Made by a program: the position numbers and the translations under genes
Origin: the human T2T-CHM13v2.0 reference genome, Homo sapiens
Reading direction: 5' to 3' (one strand)
Assembly (NCBI RefSeq): GCF_009914755.1
Contig: NC_060927.1
Length of the DNA: 64,000 bases
Notes under the pieces: model-generated
What the model was told of the DNA's origin: nothing
What the model saw: the letters and a program-made list of their open reading frames with translations, nothing else
Database searches by the model: none
Shown here: one piece after another, positions 1-12,899 of the stretch
Layout of the letters: each line of letters starts with the position of its first letter
How positions within the stretch are numbered: the stretch's first letter is position 1

Positions 1-252
1 ACGTTTTCAGCAGCATTTGGACTTATCCACCTTTCTAATTATTGGCAAGCTAATGGGCATGCTTATTATTTCAGACCTGGGCTGACTTCTGGGGCCAAAA
101 GGGATAGAGATGATTTTGCTGACACCTTATAGGTGGTACAAAGTCATAAAAGTAACTAACATTGATTTATATAGTGAGAACACTATTGCCTTTTTAGTTT
201 TCTTTTAGTAAGTTTTAGTGTACTGGAGTGTGCCTTTAATTCCTTCCTCATA

Positions 253-577
253 CCGTCATGTGTCCCATAGCAACATTTTGGTCAATGACAGACCACATAT
301 AAGATAGTGGTCTCATAAGATTATCATGGAGCATATATAAAAACCTGATTAGAAACTTGACATTGGCATTTCAGATCAAGTAGGGGAAATAATTGATATT
401 CAATATTCAGTAAAGATGTTGGGACATTTAGTTTTCCAGATTAAAAAAATGTATATTTACTAGTATATATACCATCTAGGTTTGTATAAGTATACTCTAT
501 GATGTTCATGCAATGACAAAATCACTTAAAGACACATTTCTCAAAAAGTATCCCTGGCATTAAGGGACACATGACTG
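253..577 (+). mobile_element. Tigger3-family (MER7/Tigger3a-like) non-autonomous DNA transposon
   Basis: Terminal inverted repeats ccgtcatgtgtccc (253) / gggacacatgactg (577), flanked by TA on both sides (251-252, 578-579). The termini match those of the larger Tigger3 copy at 48901-50791. Confidence 0.8.
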
Positions 578-909
578 TACTTGCTAGACTTCCTTTTTAT
601 TAAAGATTCTTTGGAAAGCCTACTGTTGTTTTTATTGTATTTATTTTTGTGGTTTCTGACTATTTCTGGTAAGTTATAATGGTTTTCTATGTATGGAGAA
701 ATACTTCATTAAGTAAAAAAAGCAGGTCAATTGAAAGAAAAATGGTAATTAAGTCATAGGTGTTCCCTAGATAGCACAGAAATTCTGAAGATGGCTCTTC
801 ATATCACCAAGGCTGGGGAAATCTGACATAAACCAAGGTTCGTCTGGGAACAGAGGGGTCTGTCCTGATGCTCCAGGTGGCCTGGTAAGCCTTACCTCAC
901 AAAATGTCC

Positions 910-1476
<567 letters not shown>

Positions 1477-1502
1477 TGATTATGTTTTTAATTAATTTTT
1501 GT

Positions 1503-1582
1503 TTTGTGTGTCATCCTTGCCCAGGGGCCATGCTGTCTCTGTCTCATTCTAATTTTAGTATATGTGCTGCTGAAGAGAGCAC
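1503..1582 (-). pseudogene. U6 snRNA processed pseudogene, 3'-truncated
   Basis: Reverse complement reads gtgctctcttcagcagcacatatactaaaattagaatgagacagagacagcatggcccctgggcaaggatgacacacaaa, matching about U6 nt 1-80, followed by an A-rich tail. The U6 3' end is missing and there is a small internal deletion. Confidence 0.9.
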
Positions 1583-2353
1583 TTGCCATATTTTTTAAAT
1601 GGAAACAGTACCCCTAGGCACTCACAGGAACTGCTTTGGAGCCTAGAGACGGGAAATTGGGCTGGGGACAGAGGTCAGGTTAGCAAGGGCAAAGCCCATG
1701 CCTCCCACCATAAAGTCCTCTGCTGGGAGCAGTGTTTCCGTTTCAGCAGGCACGTCCCAACGCAATGGGTAAACCTGGCCACATCCGCTGACTCCCAGAG
1801 TCTGCCTGGGAACGTGGCCGAGCCTGGAGCTCCCATGGGTCCTGTCTGGAGCACATGGTAGTGGGGTCAGAGGTCAATCAGGGTAGGTTGGATGAATGCA
1901 GCTGGTCTGACAAGAGGGCAGGCATTGAGGTCTCTTCTGGTGAAGATCTTAACTGTCAAATTGTGGTCCTGGGTCTAGGATGTGGAATAAGCCTGGTAAA
2001 GACCTTGCAGAGCTCTGATGAGGTAGGGTGGAATTAGGAGCCATCCATTTAATCAATAAATACGAACATAGATTTGACACTCCAGTTAAGTGTTTATATT
2101 GGTTTCCTATTGCTGCCATAACATATTTAGTGGCTTAAAACAACACAAATCAATAATCTTACAGTTTTGGAGGCCAGAAGTCCAAAATGGGTCTCACTGG
2201 GCTAAAATGAACGTGTTGTTAGGGCCACGTTCCTTTCCAGGGATTCTGGGGAAGAATCCATTTTCTCGCCTTCTCCAGGCTGCCCACATGCCTAGACTCA
2301 GGTCCCCTTTCCACCTTCAAAGCCAAAAATGGCCAGTTGAGTCTTTCTTATGA

Positions 2354-2716
<363 letters not shown>

Positions 2717-2739
2717 TGATTACACCAGGCCCACCCTGA

Positions 2740-3076
<337 letters not shown>

Positions 3077-4759
3077 AAGACCCTCATCTTAATCACATCT
3101 GTGGAGTCCCTTTGGCCATGGAAGGTAACATATTCACTGGCTCCGGGATGTGAACATCTTTGTGGGGGCCACTATTCTGCCATGGCTGGTCTCCTCTCCT
3201 GAGGTCCCATCATAGCCCAGGCCTGCATGCCCCAGATTTCAGTCCAGTGGCAAAGAGTACACTTTCGTATTGCTTGCCCTGGGAAATATGCCAGGGTTGG
3301 CTGTGACTAGGCCAACTTGGGTTGTTAGGTTCACTAACAATCCAGTCACTGCGGCCAGCAGGATGGACCATGCTGCTTGGTTAGTACTGAGTCTCAGGCT
3401 CATCCCTGGAACTGAGACTGAGGTCAGCCCCCTCGAGACCTGGAAGAAAGGAGGGAAGAACTTTCCAAGGATAATTGAGGAGCTCTTACAAAAGAAGAGG
3501 GAGTAGGTGCTGACCACTACCGACCACAATGATCTTGTGAAACACTGTGATGCCCATTTTGCAGGTGGAAGAGATGGTGAAGTCACACTGCCAGCATGAG
3601 GTACAGCCATGATTTGAACCCGCGTGGAGGAGTTCTTGCCACTATATCAGGCTTCCTTGACCCGTGGCTAAATGTGGCATTGGCAGATCTGATTAATGCT
3701 GAATGTTATGTAGCTCAGCTGACCTGGGTGGCAGCCTCCTTAGAGGTTGGCATGGGACCTACTGAGGAAGGCACATGGTTAACACAATTACTGGCGAGGT
3801 AGATACCCTCAGAGAAAAGGGAAATTTCCATTTCACTCCTGAAAGACTCTTTAAAGCCAAAACTCAAATCAAAGAGCAAAGTATAATAACTTCCTCTGGG
3901 CAAATTTATAATTAATCCTGGATTAATTGGCCTTAATGAAGTTGAATTAATTACTAGCTGTTTGTAAAGAACTTTGAACTACCTTAGTACAAAATGGCAT
4001 TAAAGAAACAGAAAGGAACCAGCATCGCATTAACATGAAGAACAAATCCCAAATAATCGCAGTTCTGCAGGCTGTTTCCCGTCACTAATTTTCCCAGGGA
4101 CTGTGTCCAGCCTGTGGAACTGTAGGGGGCCCACGGAGTCTGTTGCAGAGGAGGATGTCTTCGTGGGCTAGAGGTTTGGTGGTGAGTGCATTCAAGAAGC
4201 AGTTATGGGGCTTTGCGTGTGCCAGGCCCAGGGCTATCAAAGATATGCAAGGTGAGGCCCTTGCTCTCCAGGCATCCTCAGCTACCAGGAAGGGGAAGAG
4301 CTCTGGAGCACCTGCCTGGTCTAAAGCAAACTCAGCTTAGTGGGAGGGATGGTAGGACAGAGACAGTAGACTATAGGAGGCGTGAAGCAACCTGCATTTT
4401 GCTGGGAACAGCTCTCCATTTCCTGTAGGGGATCCCCTGGTCCCTCCTTCCCCCCATTCTTGGGGTGGGCTCATGACCCACACCTGGCTAGGCAGAGCAC
4501 TGGATTTCTCTCTTGGTGCAGGGGCACATGACTTCATCAGGGCCAAGGAGACTTGGTTTGGGGACTTTGTGGAGCTGCTGACAGCCACTTTGTCATTGTG
4601 AGGGGGGAGCCTGTCTGGGAATGGTGACAACTCAGAGGAAGGAGGAACGGAGAGAAAGAGACAAAGTCAGTGTCTTCATGTTGTCATCTGAGCCCCTGGA
4701 TGAAGCAAGCTCTTCCCCCAGACTTTTTAGCTAGGTTTATTTATTTAAATTCACAAACT

Positions 4760-4985
4760 CTGATATAGCACTTATTAATATACCAGGAATTGCTCTAAGT
4801 GCTATAGACATACCAATTCATATAATCATCATTACCCTGTGAGTTAGGAAGTATTATGCCCCATTTGACAAATGAAGAAACTGAGGCACAAAGCAGTTTT
4901 GTAATGTGCCCAAGGCTCCACAATTTCCAGCTGGTGGGAGCAGGACTGGACACAAGCAGTGTCTGTGCTTTTCACTACACCATGG
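4760..4985 (-). mobile_element. MIR SINE
   Basis: cccatttgacaaatgaagaaactgaggcacaaag...gcccaagg is the MIR core. Confidence 0.7.
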
Positions 4986-5874
4986 GCCAGCATGTTCCCT
5001 TTTTTGCTTAAGTCAGTTTCACTGTGAGTTTCTGTCATTTGTCCTCAAAAAGCATGACTGTGCAGAACATGACATGGAGGTAGCCAATCCAGCCCCCAGA
5101 GGTCTGAGGAAGCTTCCAGAGGGCGTGCCAGCCCAAGGAAGTAGCCCGCGGGCGAGTGTTGGGGTGGGGTGGATGGGCACGGTGTGTGTGTGCAGGATTT
5201 CACAGGTTCAGGGTCACCAGGCACAGGGAGAGAAACGGAGAGGAGCATGGCAGGGTGAGCTGGGGTGGGGTGAGGAGTCAGTCTATCCACAGGTGACAGT
5301 GATAAAGCATTTGTAACTCTTCCCTTGGGGACTACAAACTAAGGAATCTTAGTCCTACTGGTGCCTTTAGGACACTTTTTCAAATTTTAAAAAATTTACT
5401 TATTGAATAGGTAATACTTTCACATGATTTAAAATTCAAAAAATGCCAATGTATTTCAAGTAAAATGTCTTTCTGTCTTCCCTCCAGCCAACCTGTTCCC
5501 CTCCCTGGAGATAACATTTATTGAGCACCACCTATATGCACTGTGCTAAACCCAGGGGGAAGCAGATAATGAGGAATGAACATAATAAGGAAATAAACCA
5601 TACACGTATGTTCAAAGGTGATATGCGCAAAGGAGAAACTGGAGCAGGATAAGGGGGATCAGGAGTAGGGAGGGGGCTGTACTTTTAGAGAGGCTGTCCA
5701 GGGCAGGGCTAATGCAGGACGTGACAGTTGAACTTGGAGGAGGTGAGGGGTGAGCCATTTAGAGGTTTGGGAGAAAAATGCTCTGGTCCATGCTTGGGGG
5801 CTTTGAGTAACAGCAAGGGGGCCAGTGTGGCTGGAGCCAGAAGAAAACAGGAGATGAGTTCAGGAAGGTAGCAT

Positions 5875-6497
5875 GGTGTGTGTATGTGTGTGTATGTGTG
5901 TCTCTGTGCATGTGCGTGCGTCTGTGTGTGTGTGTGCATGTGTGCGTGTGTCTCTGTGCTTATGCATGGCCCCATTTGCCTGCTGCTGTGAGCAAGTGTG
6001 TGTGCGTGCATCTGTGTGTGTGTCTCTGTGCGTGTGCACGGGCGTGTGCATGTGCGTCTGTGTATCTCTATGTGTGTGTATGGCCCCATTTGCCTGCCGC
6101 TGTGAGCACGTGTGTGTGCGTGCATCTGTGTGTGTGTGTCTCTGTGCGTGTGCACGGGCGTGTGCATGTGCGTCTGTGTATCTCTATGTGTGTGTATGGC
6201 CCCATTTGCCTGCCGCTGTGTGCACGTCTGTGTGTGCGTGCATGTATGCGTGTGTGTCTCATGCGTGTGCACGTGTTTGCGTGTGCATCTGTGTGCATGC
6301 ACATGTGTCTCTGTGCGTGTGCATGGCCCCATCTGCCTGCCGCTGTGTGCACGTGTGTGTACGTACATCTGTGTGTCTCTGTGCGTGTGCACGTGTGTCC
6401 ATGTGTCTGTGTGTGTGTGCATGCATCTGTGTGTGTGCGCACTTGTGTGCGTTTGTGTCTCTGTGAGTGTGCATGGCCCCATTTGCCTGCCACTGTG
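5875..6497. repeat. TG-rich minisatellite (about 114-150 bp units) with a conserved core ATGGCCCCATTTGCCTGCCGCTGTG
   Basis: Core at 5966, 6080, 6196, 6323 and 6473, separated by degenerate (TG/CG/CA)n. Confidence 0.9.
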
Positions 6498-6685
6498 CTG
6501 CTGTAAGGACTGTGGCTCCTCGTCCAAGTGAGATGAGGAGATAAAGGCTCACTCCAGCTTCTGTAAGCAGAACAGGCTATAGGAGAACAAGAGCAGATGC
6601 AGGGAGTCCTAGTAAAAGAACAGCTTCAGTAAATTAAAACCATGATGAGATACCACAACACACCTATTGGAAAGGCCAACATTAT

Positions 6686-7196
<511 letters not shown>

Positions 7197-7199
7197 GAC

Positions 7200-7842
7200 A
7201 CTCAACAATACCAAATACAACTGATGATGCTGAGCAAGCGAAACTCTTATACATTGCTGCGGGAATGTAAAATGATACAGCCACTCTGGAAAACAGTTCA
7301 GCAGTTTCTTATAAAGTTAAAACCCACTTGCCATATGACCCAACAATCTCACTTTTGGTATTTACCTGAGTGAAACTTATGTTGGCATAAAACCTATACA
7401 TAAGTGTTTAGAGCAGCTTTATAATAGCCAAAACCTGGAAACAACCCAAATGCCCTTCAACAGGTGACTGGGCAACCAAATGATGATCCATCCATATGAT
7501 GGAATACTACACAGTGATAAAAAGGACCACACACTGCAGTTATACACAACAACATGGATAAATCTCAAATGCATTATGCTAAGTGAAAGAAGCTGGACCC
7601 CAACGGTTACCTACTGTTTGCTTCCACTTATATGATGTTCTGGAAAAGGCAAAGCCTGTAGAGACAGAGAACATAGATAACTATCTGCCAGAGGTTAAAG
7701 GTGTAGGAGGGGTTGATCATAAAGGGCTTTTTTTTTTTGAGGGTTGAGTCTGTTTTGTATCTTGATTGTGATGGTGATTACCTGATATCATGCATTGGCC
7801 AAAGCTCATAGAGCCGTACACCAACAAGGGTGAATTTTACTG
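7200..7842 (+). mobile_element. Old L1M (L1MC/ME-type) 3' region; a 5' piece also lies at about 6625-6680
   Basis: gggaatgtaaaatgatacagccactctggaaaacag...catggataaatctcaaatgcattatgctaagtgaaagaagc...gtgaattttactgt. Confidence 0.75.
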
Positions 7843-8761
7843 TTGCAGTAATCCAGGTGAAGAGATGATGGCTTAGATCAAGTGCTGATGGTAGAGATGT
7901 TCAGAGGGGATTGGATTCTAAGGGTAAAACCAACAGAATTTTTTAATGAATTGGATGTGGTGTATGAAAGAAAGAGAGGAGTCAAGAACTGAGCCAGTTT
8001 GCTGCTTAAAAAACTGGGAGGATGCAGTTCTCATTCACTGTGATGGGAGTGGAGTGGAGGGTAAAACCAGAAATTCTGACCTTGACATGTAAGTTTGAGA
8101 TGCCTATTACACATTCAGGTTGTGTATGTGAGCCTGCAGTTAGGAGGGGGAGGCTCCTAGCTGCAGGCTCACACACAGAACCTGAATTTGGGAGTCAATG
8201 GCTTGTAACGCCAAGAGACATAGACATCACCAGGGAGTAAACATATAGAGAGAAAGTTGGAGGGCTGAGCCCTGGGACCTTCTTGTGTCTGCTGTTATCC
8301 ATCTCTTATGTATCCTTGTAGGGCTATTCTGTACTTGTACAAGCACATATATAGAGAGAGTGCATTTTTCATAAATGCAAACATGCTACACACACTAGTG
8401 TGCACCCTATTTTTTCAGTTACCAATATTATCTTAGAGATTGTTCCCAAGTAGTGTACAAACAGCTTCTTTGTTCTTTTCAAAGTCTGCATCGTATTCCA
8501 CAGTATAGACAGACCATGATCTCTCTTTTTCTATTTACAGTTTTTCATTATGGAAAACTTTGAACATATCAAAAATGTAGACAGAATAATGAACCCCCAA
8601 GACCCATTACCCAACAATGATCAACTCAGGGCCAGTCTAGACTGCCACACACTCTTCTTTTAAATTATGATTTTTGGTAGCTTTGTGTCTGATATAATTT
8701 CTTTTTTCTTTCTTCTTTTCCTTTCCTTTCTTTCTTTTCTTTTTGGTAGCTTTGTATCTGA

Positions 8762-9088
<327 letters not shown>

Positions 9089-9896
9089 TTTGTCTTGATA
9101 TAATTTCAAACTTACCATAATTATTCTTTTTAAGGACATTTACTTTGTTTATAATATTTTGCTACTACATACAATATAGAAAAGAAATACTTGGTACTAG
9201 AACATGCCTTTTCATGAAGACTACTTTCCTTGGGGCCCAAAAGAACAAGAGGCTGGGGCCTGAAACGCTTCCAGAGCAACTGTCTGGAGGAAGGAGTGAG
9301 TCTCAATGGTTTCTCTCCATGGGAATCTGTTTCTGAGACCCTTGGGCCAGCCACACAACCAGAGCCCACACAAGGAGGGAGACTTCGGTGATGTTGTAAC
9401 ACCAATCTCAGCATTGGTGAGATTCTGTTTTCTGGGGAAGTCTGGCTTTGGCCTCTGGCCAGCTTTCCAGAGCTTCTGCCTTTGATGCTTCAGAAGGCCA
9501 CACCACCAGGCTAAAACCATACTTTGAAAGACATTTTCAGGATATGCTTAGCATGCAGCTTCTTCTCTTCAGCCCCACCTCGCCACGTGCCACATGGCTT
9601 AGGTTGCTGCTGTCTCTGAGCCTGCTGTTTTCTCTGTGCAGCACGTTCTTTCATCAATTTCCCTCGGTTCTGTGCAGCCTGGCCCTTCTCTTGCATCTTT
9701 GTCAGCTCAAATGCCTCTCCCTTAATAAGCATCCTCCTCCCTTGCACCAGTAACTCTCAGCCATGCTGCCTTATTTCTCCCAAAGCACTTCATCATTATT
9801 TGCCTTATTCATCCACAGTTGTATCCCTCCAAAATATCATGTCTGCCACACAGCAGGTGTTCAATCAATATTTGTTAGAATATTTGTTAGAAGATT

Positions 9897-9958
9897 TGTA
9901 TTAGTCAGGATTCTCTAGAGGGACAAAACTAATGGAATATACATGGAATATATATATA
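9897..9958. mobile_element. MLT2 (HERV-L) LTR terminus fragment
   Basis: tgtattagtcaggattctctagagggacaaaactaatggaatat resembles the MLT2A end, which is normally followed by (TA)n. The remainder of the LTR is absent. Confidence 0.65.
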
Positions 9959-10032
9959 TCTCCTAAGCCCAGGCTACAGACTCTCAGGGTGAGAATTTCT
10001 GAGTCAGAGATAATGTTGTCCTCTTCCATCTT

Positions 10033-10882
10033 GGAATATGTATACATATATGTATATATATTCCATATATGTGTATATATATTCCATTATATATATATAT
10101 ATGTATGTTCCATTGTATGGAATATACATCCATATGTATATATGTATGTTCCATATGTATATATGTATATTCCATATATATATTCCACAGAATATATATA
10201 TTTGACAGAACTAATAGAATATATATATTCTATATATATATTCTATACATATATTCTATACATATTCTATACATATATTCTATATATATTCTATATATTA
10301 TATATTCTATATATATTCTATATATTATATATTCTATATATATTCTATATTATATATTCTATATATATTCTATATATTATATATTCTATATATATTCTAT
10401 ATATTATATATTCTATATATTATATATTCTATATATATTCTATATATTATATATTCTATATATATTCTATATATATATTCTATATATATAATATAATATT
10501 CTATATTATATATAATATATTCTATATATTATATATATTATATATTCTATATATTATATATTATATATTCTATATATATTATATATATTATATTATATAT
10601 TATATATATAATATATATTCTATATTCTATATATTCTATATATATTATATGTTCTCTATATATTCTCTATATATCTATATATTCTATATATATTCTGTAT
10701 ATATTCTATATATATTCTATATATATTCTATATATTCTATATATATTCTATATATACTCTATATACATTCTATATATACTCTATATATTCTATATATACA
10801 CTATATATATTCTATATATATATACTCTATATATCTATATATAAAATCTATATATATTCTATATATAGATATATAAACTATA
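10033..10882. repeat. Long TA-rich low-complexity tract (TATATTC/TATAT variants)
   Basis: About 850 bp of almost pure A/T with a recurring tatattctata unit. Confidence 0.95.
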
Positions 10883-10989
<107 letters not shown>

Positions 10990-11214
10990 TAAAACAGAGG
11001 TAAGAAATGAGGTTTATTTGAAGCCAGGCCCTGTACAAAGTCTTTGTTAGTTGAAATATTTCTCAGAGGTACATAAAGCCTCTAAAGCTCTTATTACCTA
11101 TTTACTAACCCTCCCTTTTAAATACGTTTACTGCTTTTACTACTAGATTTTTTTTAATGGGAGGCGTATTTTTACAGTTTCCTATTTGCAAGGTGGGAAA
11201 ACGGAAACAAAGAT

Positions 11215-11369
11215 TCTGTTCTCTTCTTGTAAGGACCCTAATCCCATCACAAGGGCCCGCTCTCATGATCTCATCTAACCTCCCAAACGTCCCATCTCCA
11301 AATACTATCACACTGGGGGTCAGGGTGTCCACATATGAATTTGAGAGGGACACAATTCAGTCTATGACA
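11215..11369 (-). mobile_element. MLT1A-like MaLR LTR fragment
   Basis: taatcccatcac...catctccaaatactatcacactgggggtcagg...catatgaatttgagagggacacaattcagtc. Confidence 0.7.
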
Positions 11370-12242
11370 TGGACTCTGTTCCTAGTGGAGAGTGGTGGAA
11401 CGAAGGAGGCAGTTACTGCAAGCATGAATACATCCGCACATGGTCTGGCTCATCACAGAGGGCAAAGGTAAGATCCTGTGAACTTTGTGCTCCACCGCCA
11501 CAGTGTTACAAAAACACTCTCTTCTCCAGAAAAATGGAAGGAGGAGGCAATGTTGGGCTAGCATTCCTGCCTGGTATCACTGGCTGAGACTGAGCAGTGG
11601 CTTCCCTCTTTGCACAGGAAAAGGGCTCTCCAGGTCTCCCAGGTCCCCACCACTCCCTGTCATCTTAGACTGTTTTAACTTCTCTTCTTTGATTTACCCA
11701 CCACCTGGCCAGAGCAGACACTTAGGTTTGTTACCTCTGGTTGGTGACTATGGCTGACAACCTTTTTTGTGGTTCTAGACACTTCAGAATCTAGTGAGAG
11801 TTGTCGACCCTCTGTCTAGCAAGAGCACATCACAACACATTGTGCGTTCAATTTAGAGGTTTGTGGCCTCTCCTAAGCCCAGGCTACAGACTCTCAGGGT
11901 GAGAATTTCTGAGTCAGAGATAATGTTGTCCTCTTCCATCTTCAAACCATCTTTTCCCATGGTTGGCTCCTTCTCAACACTGGAGTTTCAACTCAAACAG
12001 CAACTCCTAGATGTCTTCCCTGACCCACAGTTAGGTAGCTGTCCATCCTCCCTCTCCTGCTCCTTTTTATCTCAGCTTTTATTTTCCCTAGGAGACTTCT
12101 CGCTCTCTGAAATGGTCTGGTTCAGGCTGTATTGTTTGACTTAGCCCTCACCCCCTGAATGTAATATTAGCGGGCACTGTAGCCCAGCGGAACCCACCAG
12201 GCACTTGGTAAGATCTTGCTGAAATGTATGAATGATTGGAAG

Positions 12243-12870
12243 TGTGTCCGGAGTTGGTTTCTTCCAGTGGGTTCCTAGTCTCGCTGACTTCAAGAATGGA
12301 GCCGCGGACCTTCGCAGTGAGTGTTAAAGCTCTTAAAGATGGCACAGTCCCAAAGAGTGAGCAGCAGCAAGATTTATTGTGAAGAGCAAAAAGCTTCTGC
12401 AATGCGAAAGGGCACCTGAGAGGGTTGCTGCTGCTGGCGGGGGTGGCCAGCTTTTATTCCCTTATTTGCCCCCTCCCCCACGCCCCCCCCCCCGCCCCCC
12501 ATCCTACCCCCCAGTCCCCCCGCCCTCCCCCTCCCCCGCCTCCCGCCGTCCCCCCGCCCTCCCCCCCGCCCCCGTCTTCCCGCCCCCCCGCCCCCGTCTT
12601 CCCGCCCCCCCCCGCCCCCGTCTTCCCCCCGCCCCCCCCGCCCCCCCTTCGCCCCCCCATGTTCCGTTTTTGTCCTATCAGAGCGCCCTTTTTTCAATCC
12701 TCCCTGTGATTGGCTTCTTTTAGGATCCTGCTGATTGGTGCATGTTACAGAGCACTGATTGGTGCGTTTTACAGAGCGCTGATTGGTGCATTTTACAATC
12801 CTCTTGATAGCTATAGAAAAGTTCTCCAAGTCTCCACTCACCCAGAAAGTCCAAATGGCTTCACTTCTCA
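12243..12870 (-). mobile_element. Solo LTR12-family (ERV9; LTR12F-like) LTR
   Basis: TG...CA termini with a 4-bp TSD gaag (12239-12242 / 12871-12874). Contains ctgacttcaagaatggagccgcggaccttcgcagtgagtgtt and gagtgagcagcagcaagatttattg. Four ATTGG (CCAAT) boxes at 12709, 12734, 12758 and 12782. Confidence 0.85.
12469..12658. repeat. C-rich low-complexity tract (G-rich on the minus strand) inside the LTR
   Basis: 190 bp of C runs with three gcccccgtcttccc sub-repeats. Confidence 0.9.
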
Positions 12871-12899
12871 GAAGGATCCCTCCATCTCGGGCTCCTAGA

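Noticed and set aside
1503-1582. Functional U6 gene
   Set aside because: It lacks the 3' stem and U tail, has substitutions and an internal deletion, ends in an A-rich tail, and has no recognisable upstream PSE/TATA arrangement.
5709-6552. Overlapping 100-270 aa His/Thr- or Cys/Val-rich ORFs; CRISPR-like repeat-spacer look
   Set aside because: The ORFs are products of the TG minisatellite. The spacers are homologous low-complexity DNA of variable length, the context is eukaryotic, and there are no cas genes.
9932-10876. 314-aa ORF rich in Y and I
   Set aside because: Translation of the TA-rich tract. Its apparent shared peptide SPKPRLQTLRVRISESEIMLSSSI with ORF 11863-12144 merely reflects the 74-bp DNA duplication.
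11755-11865. Possible Charlie-type hAT fragments here and at about 27360-27540, and a Tigger-like relic at about 44700-44920
   Set aside because: The resemblance is too degraded to assign a family or boundaries by eye.
12374-12841. Gly-rich and Pro-rich ORFs on both strands
   Set aside because: Artefacts of the C-rich tract in the LTR.
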